From contig NC_043000.1 of assembly GCF_006345805.1 (NCBI RefSeq), positions 104,966,001-105,030,000 on the forward strand: 64,000 nt of DNA, read 5' to 3'. Made by a program: the position numbers and the translations under genes. Source of the stretch: Octopus sinensis. Its lineage: Eukaryota. Positions 38,281 through 51,627 of the stretch are shown here, piece by piece; the first letter of the stretch is position 1; each line of letters begins with the position of its first letter. The notes under the pieces are model-generated. The model was not told the DNA's origin. It saw only the letters and a program-made list of their open reading frames with translations, and ran no database searches.

Positions 38281-38461
38281 AACAACAAACACGATAAGGA
38301 CAAATATCCGTCAAATGTAAATAATGTATAGCAGAAAGGATTATCATTACCACCGTCATTATCATCATAACCATGATGATCCGCATAATCATTATCGTTA
38401 TTATCGTGTTTATGATCTTCATCATGAAAAACATCATAGGAGCAGCAGTAGCAGTAGCAGT

Positions 38462-38525
<64 letters not shown>

Positions 38526-38833
38526 TAGTAGTAGTAGTAGTAGTCAACAACAAAAGTTTTCTCTTTGTGATTATGAAAAGAAACAGACCTGATTAGTTTC
38601 GGTATTATTTGCTGCTTCATCTGAGACCATTTTCTGGACAACAGAGAGAATAATAGCTTATAGCTATATTCATTGTACGCAAATTAAGACAGAACTAAAT
38701 TACTGTGCGCTGATTTGTATGAGAGACATAAACGACCGAACCTTGGTAATGTAAGTAATTAATCAAAGGAAGCATCAAGCGGTGTTAGGTAGATGTAAGG
38801 CAACTTACAGGTACGTGGTTTTAGTGAACACAT

Positions 38834-39184
38834 TTTTAGCTATACTCTGAAAAGGAAATGCTGTTTAAGGGTCTCTCTGTCGGTTACGACGACGAGGGTT
38901 TTAGTTGATCCGATTAACAGAACAATCTGCCCGTGAAAATTAACGGATAAGTGACTGAGCACTCCACAGACACACGTACCTTTAACGTAGTTCTCAGGGA
39001 GATTCAGTGTGGCACACGACTGACTCTTTAAAATACGTGTACAACTCGTTATTCTCAGCTGAGTGGACTGGAGTAATGTGAAATATAGTGTCTTGCTCAA
39101 GGACACAACGCATTGCGGGGAATCGGATTCACGACGTAACGAAAGTAAGCCGAATACCCTAACCACTAAGCTACGCGCCTTCAA
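38834..39184 (-). mobile_element. CORE-type SINE with a family C-like head and a different tail
   Basis: Minus strand: GAAGGCGCGTAGCTTAGTGGTTAGGG..TTGTGTCCTTGAGCAAGACACTATATTTCACATTACTCCAGTCCACTCAGCTG, then a tail unlike 2534-2877. Confidence 0.8.
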
Positions 39185-39459
39185 AACCATTTAACGACAT
39201 ACCACATATTTAACATAACTTAGATATGACTATAAACTGCAACTGGTAGTAGTGGAGGCTCTAGTACGGTAGATCTAGGATTTTGAGAAGTGTGGAAGCA
39301 CCTCTTAGCCACTATTGTTTCCATGTCTACTCTGTCCCCGAGTAGTAGCGTCTGTTACGGTTCCAGCTATGCGTCAACTAGCATGAGAACTACTAGAAAT
39401 GAAGGACCCTAGTTCTTGTTAGAACTTCCTTCTAGGAGAAGGTAAACTGTATAAAAACA

Positions 39460-40000
39460 TGCTTCATAGAAGGCGAAGGTCGTTTCATCGTCAAGGAAGG
39501 TGACGGCCTCAGTTTTGGGAATGCAAAAGTCATTGTGTTTATTGATTATCTTCAAAAGAGCCACAGCATCAATAAGAGTACTATGCGAACTTGGTGAGGC
39601 CGTTACGAAAGGTTATAAAGACCAAACGCGCAGAAAAATTGCCGAAAGGAGTCTTGTTTCATTAGGATAAAGCTCCAGCACACAAGTCCTTGCTTTGAAT
39701 GGCTGCTGTGCGTGACTGTAGCATCGAATTGGTTGATCACACTCCCCATTCTCCTGATTTGGACCCCATCTGTCTATCGTCTATTCCCCAACATGAATAA
39801 GCACTTGGCTGTGTACCAGTATCGCAGTGATGATGATGTCATATCTGCTGTTGATTACTTTTTTGACCTACAAGATGAAAGCTTCTTCATCGATGGGATC
39901 CAAGCACTGCAACACCGATTGGAGAAATGCGTGGACTGCATAGGGAACTAAGTTGAAAAATAAACCTCGGTCAGACGATGGACTTTTCAGCCAGCCCTCG
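39460..40000 (+). mobile_element. Mariner transposon, 3' part with right TIR
   Basis: ..VFIDYLQK..YYANLVRPLRKVIKTK..VLFH*DKAPAHK..HSPFSPDL..YRSDDDVISAV..GIQALQHRLEKCV; ends ACTTTTCAGCCAGCCCTCG|TA. Confidence 0.88.
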
Positions 40001-40009
40001 TACTTACGC

Positions 40010-43000
40010 GGTTCGAAATCTCTTTAAGATCCTCTGTTAAGATTTCGTAATATTCTAGGCTTGTAGAGCCTATATGTAGTTGTCAAGCAAATAATTATTC
40101 TATAGTAGTGTTTAGATTAATAGTGTTGATATTTAAGAATAGGAACTTCTCTGTTGTCATTAGCTAATTTAGTGCTAACTCTCATTTACAAGCATGATAT
40201 CAAATGCCTTTTGTCTGTAAAATTAAAATGTTTTCACCATAAGTTTCGCAGTTGATTTCAAAGGCTTACCTTCATGTACCGAATCGAGATTCTTGTGAAA
40301 ATTTTGTTTGAGGTGTTTAAACAGATGATTCGTCTTCAAATGTTTTTGCCTCTTTTAAGATTTCCGACTTGTGAAAGAAATTATTTTGATTCAATGCTAC
40401 CTAATTTGAAATAGCAAGTGGATTAAGAGTCCCTTCCTGCATTCGAAGACAAATTGTTCTCTAAATACAGCTTTACTCCTTTCACTAATAATTCATTACC
40501 TCACATGAGTCCATTTTTTCCACTTCTCTATGTTTTCTTCATTATATTTTTCTCAAATCCTAGTCATCCGTGCTTTGCTATCCCTCTAGCACGTTCTTCA
40601 TTATTTTGTCTAACATGGTATTGCTGATGTTATGGATTTCTCTTTCCACAGACTAACCCAGAATTAGCCGTCGTTTTATGATCTATCTTCTATTTTGGGT
40701 AAACAGACAGTTGTTTATCATTTCTCGATATAAAATTTGTTAATACTTCATTTCATTCCTTTCCTTACTTCTTAACACGTCCTAATTCCTCAACACTTAA
40801 TACTTTAGAATCTATATCTATTCATAAATCTTTCTAACTTTTGTTATCTTCATAAATTGTCTTCTATTCTTACGGTTAAATATTTTATCTTCTGTCTTGA
40901 CAATCATTTAATTTATGACTACATTCGAGTTGTGTTTTTTTTAAATCATTTTATATATATACAGCACAATACTAACGAATAATGGCGAATCACGCTCAGA
41001 AATGGGTCTATAATAATGTGTCGCTGAAAGACTAGGTGGAGGTGGCCGATTACAAGTACTTTCGCTTGATGGAAATACATTGTCCCAAAGAATATTTTAT
41101 CAAATTTAATGCTTGCTACTGTATTGACTCTTGCGGGATTTGAGCTCAGTATGCAAAAAGCCGCGAAATATATTACACGGAATTTCGCTCGATGCTTTAA
41201 CAACACTGTCAACATAATGTACTCTTTATATAATGACTTCCTTATATTTTCTTTCCAATCCAGTATTTTATATTTTAACTAACTTTATGTAACACATTTT
41301 GTGCTTCTTAGTGTCTTTGTGATGTTATTTCTCTGACAGGCGGATGACAGAGATCGAAAGAGTAGAGAATTTAATGTCACCGCAAGCTCTGGTGACAGGT
41401 GCGAGAGGATCCGCTTTCCTTTGTCTTGCAAGGAGAATCCTCTTTCCTTTGTGTTGAGGTCGATGGGAGTTTGGCATTGCGCCATTCAGTATATTCTAGC
41501 ATATCTCCTTTGTTTTTCTTTTTAAAAACCTTTCCTATTCTTTTATCGGTATCAAAATCATTTACGCCATTGTAGTGAGTTTCTAATTTCTACTTTTTGA
41601 TTTCTTTTGTGCTTCTTTATTACACTAATCAGTTTTAATTTGCTTCTAAGTGTTTTTCACCTACTACTGTTATTATATCTGTATCAGAACCCGTCCTCTC
41701 GTATAGATATAGCTTATCACTGTTTACTTTACAGTAGTAGCGCCAGAACGCTACTGGTAGTTTTCTGATTTTCTGTCTAAGCTTTACAATTCACTTGCAA
41801 ATTATTATATCGTAATTGTTGTTTATGATTGGTAAGGCTAGTGCATTTATACCTATTATCATATTTCTAGCGTTGAATTCAGATTTTTATATTAGTCTGA
41901 GCCTTTTATTGTACTCATCTAATTTTATCCTACATTTTCCTATTTTATCTTAGTGTTATCTACTTCTAAACTATGAGTGGTTTTGGTCTAATTCTTGATT
42001 TCGTTGTCTGTATTTAATTATATATTCTCAGTTTAAGTTAATTTGCTTTTCAGTATTGTAGTTTTGGCACATTTGTCTAATTATCTGCTTATTTTATTGG
42101 CTTCACTGAATTTATGAACAATTAATTTTCCAAGTATTATCTTTTGCAAATATTTCTAAGTCATCAATGTAAAGGAGATCATTTATACTTTATCTATAGT
42201 ATCTATAAACATTCTTGGTTTCCTTCAACAGATTTATTAATGTAGTCAGGACACAGTAGAACAGATGAGATCATAAGACCCCTTGAAATATTCCTTTTCG
42301 TGTGGATATGGAGCTGGTTTTAAATTATTCACTTTGTCTTGTAGTCATATGTTTGTTTTCATTTTGAAATGGCATTTTTGTACACTTTGTTAGAAATGGA
42401 ACAGTTATTTATAAACTGTATGTCTAATATGGTATACTCATAAATGTTTTTAACAAATCAATTCAACCCAAGTTAAGATTTTGTTTTCCTCCTTTTCTGC
42501 TTCCTACAATGATCCGGTTCATCAGTAGCTGTTCAGTACAGCCACATTTTCCTCCCAGGGGTCTTTTCTGCTTCATGTAGTATGTTGTTCTCTCTAGGCG
42601 AATAACCAGTCTACTGTATACAGTGGATGAGGGGGTTTTGTATGATGCTGGTAATTAAATTATAGGTATGGTTTGGAAGGCCTCTGGTCTTTTTGTTTTT
42701 AAGAATGGATATTGTTCCCTCTCCCCATCTTTGATTGCTACCATAACCTACAGATAGATACTGTTCAGTTGCTTCAGACAGAAATTGGAGGCCTGGTCAG
42801 TTCTAGAGCTTTTTTATCCTGTCATTACATTTACATTTATTTATTTATCCTATCATTACATTTATTTATTCTCTCACGGTTTTATTATTTGCTGTCAAGT
42901 ATGGGTCAAGGGTATAGTCTTATTGTGGCTGTGGATTTGGTTGAATGTTTCTATGGGGACTTCTATGAGCTTCATGATCACTTTGGACTTTAATCTTTAT

Positions 43001-43950
43001 TTCGTTTTAGATTCATGTTTTTTTTTCTGTGGATAGTTCTATAATATAGTCATTGCATTTTATGTGTTCATTTTTTGAATGTCGTTGTCTCTGTTGTGTT
43101 TCTTTCTTTTTATGAAGTGTTTATGTATCTTTGTTGGCATATGTTTTGTTGTGGTACTTTCATTGGTTTCATTGATTTGTTGTAGGCCATTTTTATGTGT
43201 AGTCAGGGCTATTTATTGTTTAATTTTTCAGCGTGTATTCTTTCTATAAATTGTCTTATTTCAATTATTAGAAAATTTTATAAATCTCCTTACATTCGCC
43301 TTTATATTGATATTCTTTATCTCATACATCTCTTTAGTAGAGCTCAAGTATGTTAGATATTGTGTAGTAGGAATGTTACATATCAATAAAATGTTCATCG
43401 GCCGAACATTAACTTTTTATTTTGTTTATATTTTGAACACTAGCAATAAGAGACAGGCATTTTTTGTTCGGAGTTATCTTCCGAAGATGCACCGCTATGA
43501 ACCACATATTACGTTGCTTTCCCGTCATAATTTCAATAAACTCACGCTACGAAATTTATCTTTACTCGGCCAATCACATTTTTGTCCCTGTTTGATTTAG
43601 ACTGAGCTGAACAGATTTTAAATTGTATTGATATTATTTTAAGTTCGTTTGCTTAGCTTTCTTTGTATTGAAAATCCTCATTTCTTTTTTCTTTACTAGG
43701 CATGTTAGTTTGTTCCTATTTTCGTATGTTTATATGTTGGTAAATATATTTTCGATGTAATAATCACAAATTATGCATTCCATAGGTATCAGCTGTACTT
43801 ACTGAGATCACATTATTTCCATTCAACTTCATTTGTATTCAAGTTCATTCTTTCTGTTTTGTATACTGCACATGCTCACATCATTTAAGGACATTTGTAT
43901 TATTTAAACAATATATTTTGTATGTAATAACATGTAATACATAAAATAGG
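40010..43950 (-). mobile_element. Long R4/Dong-type relic (N-terminus to thumb)
   Basis: ..KQNLNLG*ID.., ..ISTRKGIFQGVL*SHLF.., DLLYIDD at 42162-42182. Heavily decayed, probably with internal insertions; ends are approximate. Confidence 0.7.
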
Positions 43951-43997
43951 AATCAATTGTACTTATTCTAGTCTGCATAACAACGCTGCCACCTTTG

Positions 43998-44029
<32 letters not shown>

Positions 44030-44439
44030 AGATATCGGTTTTAGTTTAATGGTATCGGATATATTTCAGATTTTACGTCTATGTTGATATTCTGTGGAGG
44101 CTGTGTTTTTTTCATTCATTATCTATTTTTGTGTTTTTATTTACCATAGCAGACTAGATACATAAATATTGGTTGTTTGCGAAGAAACTGTACAAGATGA
44201 CTTTATTTAGGTTCAGGACTATATTGAATGTATTTTAATGATTGTTTGTGTGTGTGTGGGGGGGGGGCATGTATCAAGTAACTATCGATTATACAGCATT
44301 GCTTATTGTATCATGTACCTTTATGGCTCATCTTTTATACACACGCATATAAGTACACATACACACATACACACACACACACATAGAATTTTCGTTGTGG
44401 TATGGCTAACACAGCTACTGCTTCCACTGTATCCACGAC

Positions 44440-45310
44440 ATGACTTACAAGAAGGTTATCTACTAATTTGCAGTGATTCAAGCACCAACGCATTGCAACC
44501 ACTACGTCATAGACACATGGTTTCTTCCCTTTGTCTCTTCTATCACGACAACGGTCTTCATTCATGAATCAGCATACCGGACAGCATGCTCGATCGCTGC
44601 ACAAGTCTTTTAGCCCCCGTTTTCTACAACGCCTCAACCCTTCAATCCTGCACTAAATATTTCGCTCAATCCTTTCTACCCCAGAACGGTGATCAATGGA
44701 ATTCACTGTATGCCTGCAGAAGAACAGACCTTTCGGCTGCACATTAACCACTTCAATCTAATCAAACTGAGATCATTTTCAAAGAGCGATATCAAGTAAT
44801 TTCTTCGTTTGGCCATTTTATAAGATAAGTACTTAAAAGTATAATTTTTAATCATTCTTGAGTAGGAAGTTGTCCAGACTTTTATCAAAGCATTTTTCAT
44901 ATCTCTTCTCACTACCTCTCCACAACCCAGATTCTCTAGGGAGTACATTTTTAGCTATCACCTCTAAGTTCTTTATTCCCATCTCTAATTTGTTAAAATA
45001 CGAAAGCTTTTACGTTTCTGTTAGATATACATTTCTGTCTAAAGTACACGGCATATCAATTATTACGTATAATTTCTTCTTTTGACCGTTTTATCACTCT
45101 ACTATATTGTCTCCGACATCTATAAGCACGGCTTTAATGACTCTCTTCCGTTGGGATGTCGTCTGTAGCTTCAGCTATTATTCGCTTCTCATAATTTTAT
45201 GTCTGACAATTCTCGATCCTCTTTCTTATTTTGTTTTACTGTCTCAGTAACTTGGTTGTTTAGCTTTCTCTAATTTAGTTGCTTATTGTCTCGGGCCGCT
45301 GTTGGGTCCC
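44440..45310 (-). mobile_element. R4/Dong-type relic, RT N-terminal fragment
   Basis: ..KNALIKVWTTSYSRMIKNY.., ..RRCRKRGLKD.., ..KTVVVIEETKGRNHVSMT*W (EQKGCRR..KDQLLI..NLSMAW-like). Confidence 0.55.
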
Positions 45311-45427
45311 CTAGCTATAGTGTCACGATTAATTTGGCGTTCTGTGTAACTTTAATTTCTTTTATACTTATGCGTGTGTACGCGTGCATACAATGAGTTT
45401 GTGCCTGTATTACGAAGGTATGATCTC

Positions 45428-45468
<41 letters not shown>

Positions 45469-45709
45469 CGATATATATATATATATATATATTTGTATGT
45501 ATGTATGTAGTATATATGTATGATTGTGTATGGTAGGAGGTAAACGTACATACACGCACATATATTCGCACATACATGCACACATGAATACATGCAATTG
45601 AGATATTAGCGAAGCTATTGACTTTTCCTACTTTGTTTCTACTTAAAGAAATATGTGGTGCGATATTATTATTGGCAAATCGACCAACAAAATACCATCC
45701 GATATTTGT

Positions 45710-46075
45710 TCAACCGTTAACATTCTGGGTTCAAATCCTACCGAGGATAAATTTTGCCTTAATACCTCCGGAGAATCAATGAAATAAAGTTCTAGTCAAT
45801 TACTGGGGTCGGTGCAAACCACTAACCACATCTCTTCATAACTTTCTCGTCTTGTGATTCAATTAAGGACAATTATTAAAGGCGGTAGAATGACAGAATC
45901 GGTAGAGCATCGAAAAATTGATTTGCGTTATTTTTCCTGACGCTTTACATTCAGATCCCAAAGTTCAGTGATCAACTTTGCCTTTACTTCCTCTGGTGTC
46001 AATAAAACAATGTATCAGTCACGTATTAATGCTGATGATATCGATTAACCCCATCCCTCAATATTGCAGATCGAT
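45710..46075 (+). mobile_element. Two degenerate SINE family B copies
   Basis: ..TTCTGGGTTCAAATCCTACCGAGG..ACTGGGGTCGG..; AAGGCGGTAGAATGACAGAATCGGTAG. Confidence 0.6.
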
Positions 46076-46107
46076 TACTAAAATTAAAAACAATTATATT
46101 AATTCAA

Positions 46108-46652
46108 GGCGGTGAGCTGGCAGAAACGTTAGCACGCCGGGCGAAATGCTTAGCGGTATTTCATCTGCCGATAAATTAAGTACCAGTTATGCACTGGGGT
46201 CGATTTAATCGACTTAATCCGTTTGTCTGTCCTTGTTTGTCCTCTCTGTGTTTAGCCCCTTGTGGGTAGTAAAGAAATAGGTATTTCATCTGTCGCTAGG
46301 TTCTGAGTTCAAATTCCGCCGAGGTCGAATTTGCCTTTCATCCTTTCGGGGTCGATTAAATAAGTACCAGTTACGCACTGGTGTCGATATAATCGACTTA
46401 ATCCGTTTGTCTGTCCTTGTCTATATCTCTGTGTTTAGCTCCTTGTGGGTAGTAAAGAAATAGGTATTTCGTCTGCCGTTACGGTCTGAGTTCAAATTCC
46501 GCCGAGGTCGACTTTGCCTTTCATCGTTTCGAGGTCGATAAATTAAGTACCAGTTACGCACTGGGATCTATGTAATCGACTTAATCCCTTTGTCTGTCCT
46601 TGTTTGTCCCCTCTATGTTTAGCCCCTTGTGAGCAATAAAGAAATAAGAAAC
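46108..46652 (+). mobile_element. SINE family B: one head plus three tandem bodies (183-bp period)
   Basis: Units start at 46158 (internally deleted), 46283 and 46466. A further short family B copy follows at about 46670-46765. Confidence 0.9.
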
Positions 46653-47091
46653 ATAATAATTCTCTCTAAGACAGCGAGCTGGCAGAATAGTTGGCACGCC
46701 GGGTAATCGACTTATATCTTCACCCAAAATTGCAGGTCTTGTGCCTATAGTAGAAAGGATTATTATAATTCTTTTTCCTTTAGACTTATTGTTTTTACTG
46801 CACAATCGAGCGCATTTTTGTGAGCCTTCGCAAAGTGCAATGTTTAGTTTTGGTTTTATATTGAAAGCATATCAAGTAATATGTGTGTTAGCGCTGTCTA
46901 GCTCTGCTTTTGTAAGTTATACAACAGGGTCTCTTTATACGAACATAATCCGTCCAGACCTGATGGTTACACGAGAATTTGAATTTGTGGGGAGTAATGC
47001 GCTCCACGTCTCACCCAAGCTCCGCATAAAGGTATGAAATAATGTTTTACTTGTCCAACCATTAATAGCAGATGCATGAAATAATATATAT

Positions 47092-47143
<52 letters not shown>

Positions 47144-47160
47144 TTATATATATATATATA

Positions 47161-47297
47161 TAGGTGCAGGAGTAGCTGTGTGGTAAGTAACTTGCTTACC
47201 GACCACATGGTTCCGGGCAAGTGCCTTCTACTATAGCCTCGGGCCGACCAAAGCCTTGTGAGTGGATTTGGTAGACGGAAACTGAAAGAAGCCTGTC

Positions 47298-47300
<3 letters not shown>
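47161..47300 (+). mobile_element. SINE family A, 5' half with an internal deletion
   Basis: TAGGTGCAGGAGTAGCTGTGTGGTAAG..GGTTCCGG|GCAAGTGCC..GAAAGAAGCCTGTCG. Confidence 0.85.
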
Positions 47301-47361
<61 letters not shown>

Positions 47362-47471
47362 TGTGTGTGTATGTGTTTCACTGTTATCTTGCTTTTGTCG
47401 ATCTATGGTTATGTTTTAGCAAAAAGATATGAGAAATATTTTCCATATAAAATATGAAAATTCACAAGCTA

Positions 47472-48750
47472 TTAGGTTGTTCCGAAAATAATGGCCGCTC
47501 TAAGTGTTTTGAAACGCAATTTTATCATAGTATTTTAATTAGATTTTAGAAGGATTTCGACATATTTAATAATTGATGTATGCTCTTTAATAATTTTCTA
47601 TTTATTTCAGACAGAAAGCATTCTTGAAGCATAGGCGTCCTTAATTATGAACTTGGCAAAAAGGGACCTTAGCTTACTTTTCTTGCACGAGTTCAAGCTT
47701 GGGCACAATGCCTCCCAAACTGCTTCCAATATCAACAGAGCATGGGCAGAGGGGTCCGCAAGTGATCGCACGGTCTGAAAGTGGTTACAGAAATTCTGTA
47801 GTGGTAATGAGAGCCTTGAAGATGAAGAAGGTAAAGGACAGTTATGCAGTCTTGGCAATGAACAATTGAAAGCAATTGTTGAACAAAAACCCACGTCAAA
47901 ATGTCAGAGAAATGTCTCAAGCACTTGGTGTCGGTATTGCAATGGTCTCAAGCAATCTGCAGAAGATTGGTAAGGTGTAAAAGCTCGATAAATGGATACC
48001 GCAAGATTTCAATGAAAATCAAAAAGTTCAGCGTTTTGAAGTGTGCTCGATGCTCTTTCTACGAAATACCAATGATCCTTTTCTTGACCGAAAAGTCACA
48101 TGTGATGAAAAGTAGATCCTTTATGATAACCGTAAACGATCAGGTCAATGGTTTGATCAGGATGAGTCCCCCCAACCATTTTCCAAAGCCAAAGGTGCAT
48201 CAGCAAAAGACTATGGTGACTGTCTGATGGTCTACAATTGGTGTTGTCCATAACAGCTTTCTGGAAGCCAAACAGCATTACAGCAGAGTTTTACTGCAAT
48301 CAACTCGCTGAAATGCATGCTCACTTACAAAAAATGAAACCTGCATTAGTGAATCGGTGTGGCCCAATTCTGCTCCATGATAATGCAAAGCCACATGTTG
48401 CAAGAATGACGCTGCAGAAAATCTCAGACTTGGGATACGAGACTTTACCACATCCTCGATATTCTCCTGAACTTTCGCTCACTGACTACCATCTTTCACC
48501 CACAGACTATTTTTTTTTTAAGTGCTAAAACTTTCAGGTCCAAACCAGAGGTGGAATCAGCTTTCAAAGACTTCTTACATCAAAGCCAATAAGTTTTTAT
48601 CAACGTTGCATAAATAATCTCGCTGGTTGATAGCAGACATGCATAGACGTTCACGGCTCATACTTTGACTAATCAAAACATTTCTATTGTTAATTTTTCC
48701 AAAGTAAAATAATTTTTCTGGAATCGGCCATTATTTTCGGAACGACCTAA
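47472..48750 (+). mobile_element. Full-length mariner element (1279 bp), inactive
   Basis: 26-bp TIRs TTAGGTTGTTCCGAAAATAATGGCCG / CGGCCATTATTTTCGGAACGACCTAA (1 mismatch), with TA on both sides. Confidence 0.95.
47647..48672 (+). pseudogene. Mariner DD34D transposase pseudogene (Hsmar1/cecropia-like)
   Basis: MNLAKRDLSLLFLHEFKLGHNA..DRTV*KWLQKF, WIPQDF, VTCDEK*ILYDN, LLHDNAKPH, HPRYSPELSLTDYHL. Multiple stops and frameshifts. Confidence 0.93.
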
Positions 48751-48949
48751 TAAATAAAATACGTTCATGGATGTTAATGAACCGTTTGTACCCCTCCGCT
48801 AGCCACTTATGCACATGCGTAGTCAGCTCGCAGTTTCTTGTTCAAATGTCAACTCGCTAAGTGAATGAGCTTATACGCGCAATTAGTCTGCTCGCGATCG
48901 CCGATCAAATTTTAGTTCGTTATGCAAGCTCAATTTTCTTAAGGAAAAA

Positions 48950-51240
48950 TAAAAATGTTCTTTGTTCATCTTGTTCCCTTACAGAACCGTATATGGGTAC
49001 CCTGCATTGTTTTCAATTATATAAAAACGCACTATAGGAATCGTTTCTGCTTTCTATCCTCACAACTGGTTATCACTATTTCTGGAACTTTATATTTAGA
49101 AAATTTTTCTATTTATTTTAGAGATACATTGATGAAGATTGATATATCCGTGAGTATCTTTACTGAGTCATTCTCTGAAACGTTTTCTTTTGTATTCTTA
49201 TAGCGCCTGTCTTCTCAAGGTTTTCAAAATGCTAGCATATTTTCAAGTATATGAAGACAATCCTGTCTTTTTGAATAAGACTGGACAACCAGAAACAATA
49301 TAGTTAATTGTTTCTTCTCCACTTCCACATATTCTGCAGATACTTATTGTATTCTGTCTCATTAAATACTTTTGGTGTCTCCGAAAGACTTCCATCATGT
49401 ACCACAGGCAAAAATTCTTGTTCCTCAGCTTTCAATTCTGCTCAGATTATTCTTTATGTATTTCCATTCTATTCAAAGTTACATTGACATGTTTTTCTAG
49501 CCCGAATTCTTCTAATAAATTGATGTACAGTTTGCCATTGTCTTTAGTTCATTTACTGCCTGCAACTTAGATTTTCAGTACGTTCATACATAAAGTCGGT
49601 ATTTATATCCGAGACCATTTGAATGAAAGTAATACATTCGGCAGTAAACGGCGTGAAGAGAAAATCTCTTGGAATATTTCTATTCTAAATGAAATAGAAT
49701 TCATTTTGAACATCTAATTACTGATGAGTTAACTGTACTTCATTTTGTTGCTGTAATGTAAAATAGAACTTATCTAATGGGGTTTTAGCTAACACTGTGT
49801 GTTATGACGCTTGTAAAATTTTTGTCTGTATAGTATGTGTGTTGAAAAAAAAGTGGAGAAACAATTGTACATATGTTTCGACACTTTTACGTACGTTTAT
49901 TACATACGTACACAACTACTGACGATTGATTCCAAAAAGATTCGAAACGTACGTACTGCTGTCCACCCTATTTTTGTCCGCGCACATATCTTGCTGATGA
50001 ACTATTAACAGCCGTAATAACACAGTATTTCATAAAGAAAACCTAAAGTGCATTATAGCAAAGATCGTTTTTATATTTACAGAATTGTTTGCAATTTATT
50101 CATGATATACTTGAAGTGCTTTTTTAATGTTGGTACTACTTTATTCATTGATTATGTTTACAGGATCCATGTATAGGAAACACTTTCAGAAGCCTTCTCG
50201 TAGTTAATCCATTCTATTTTTGGAGCTTTATCTCTAGTTGTTGATCTTTACAACCATATCTACCTTGCATCTCTTCTAACCGTCTGGGCATTTTTCCCTA
50301 AAATATTTTACCTCCGGAATATTAATGCAGTTAAAACTTTAAGTTTAGGTTTGCTATTTATTTAGTCTTGGCAATTAAGATTGTCTCCCTTTAGTGAACC
50401 ACCCTGGTATTGTTTCCGTTGCATTTAACAGCAGAAATATTAATTGGTTATTAAATAATTTTTTCTGCATTTTATGCATGACGTTGAATATTTTAACTGG
50501 AAGTTTGGAATTTTATCTGATGCCTTCCGAGTTGCATCGTGAGCTGACATGGACCCTATGACTGTTTAAGAACTGTGTTTGTGGTTTTAAACACTTTTAT
50601 CCAAGGTGATTCTTTCGTTGTAGAAACTCTTCTCTGATGTTCATTCACTTCCCTTGCTGTTTGTGCTGCGTCGTTTTGGGTTTTAATTATTACGGATTAT
50701 TTATGATTTAGCGATGATCAACCTCTTTGGGTGGTCTCTGATTTCAGGTACGTCTTTTTTTATATGTATTTCAATAATAGTTATCTCTCATTTATTTTTC
50801 ATTTTCATTCTTTTTTTATTGATTTAAAATTGAGAGATTTGTTGGGTTTTTTTTTTCTAATATTTTCTTTTCCACGTTATTTACTTGCGTTTTGATAGTA
50901 TTGCATGTATAAATTTGAAGGAATATCAATGCTCATTTATAAACAATTAAGCTTAGTGATATTACGACCGCAAAATTTGCGCTTTTTTATTGTTGACGTA
51001 ATTTTTCTATCAAACGTTATCCTTGGAAGATTCCTTAGTTGTCCCATTGGAAATCCTCTTGATTTCTGATATCTCCACTATATTCAGAATTCTCACGTTG
51101 AAAATGTTTAAACTTCTAATCTTTCGCCTATTCTCCTTTAGTCATGTTTTATTTTCTTTTATATTGATTTGCACATTGCTCATTAGCATCCTATAAAATT
51201 TCGGCTGCTTAATTTTGTTCCTTATTATTGTTATTAGTTT
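48950..51240 (-). mobile_element. R4/Dong-type relic with internal deletions
   Basis: ..QLRNLPRITFDRK.., ..KASDKIPNFQLKY.., CRICGSGEETINYIVSGCPVL, ..GTHI.. in the expected order. Confidence 0.72.
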
Positions 51241-51248
51241 TCTACTTA

Positions 51249-51583
51249 AGGCGGCGAGCTGGCAAAATCGTTAGCATGCCGGGCAAGATGCTTAGGGGCA
51301 TTTCGTCTGTCTTTGCGTTCTGAATTCAGATTCCGCCGAGCATCCTTTCGGTATCGATAAATTTAATACCAGTGGAACACTGGGGTCGATGTAATCGACT
51401 AGTCCCCTCCCCAAAAATTTCAGGCCTTGTGCCTTTAGAAGAAAGGATTATTAGTCTTCTTCTTCATCTTCTCCTTATAATTTCATCCTTCCGGGATTGA
51501 TAAAATAAGTACCAATTGAGCACAGGGATCGATGTAATCGTTTTGTCCCCTCCCTCGAAATTGCAGGCCTTGTGCCACAATTA

Positions 51584-51627
<44 letters not shown>

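Larger units (their letters stand above)
37469..38325. mobile_element. Head-to-head dimer of a tRNA-headed, hammerhead-tailed retroposon
   Basis: Inverted tRNA-like heads at 37756-37821 (-) and 37824-37884 (+). Inverted tails at ~37505-37647 and 38186-38325. Direct repeat GTATAGCAGAAAG at 37456-37468 and 38326-38338. Confidence 0.88.

Noticed and set aside
49910-49960. CTGACGA..GATTC GAAAC GTA hammerhead-like motif
   Set aside because: Stem II is mismatched and stem I does not pair; at most a decayed remnant.
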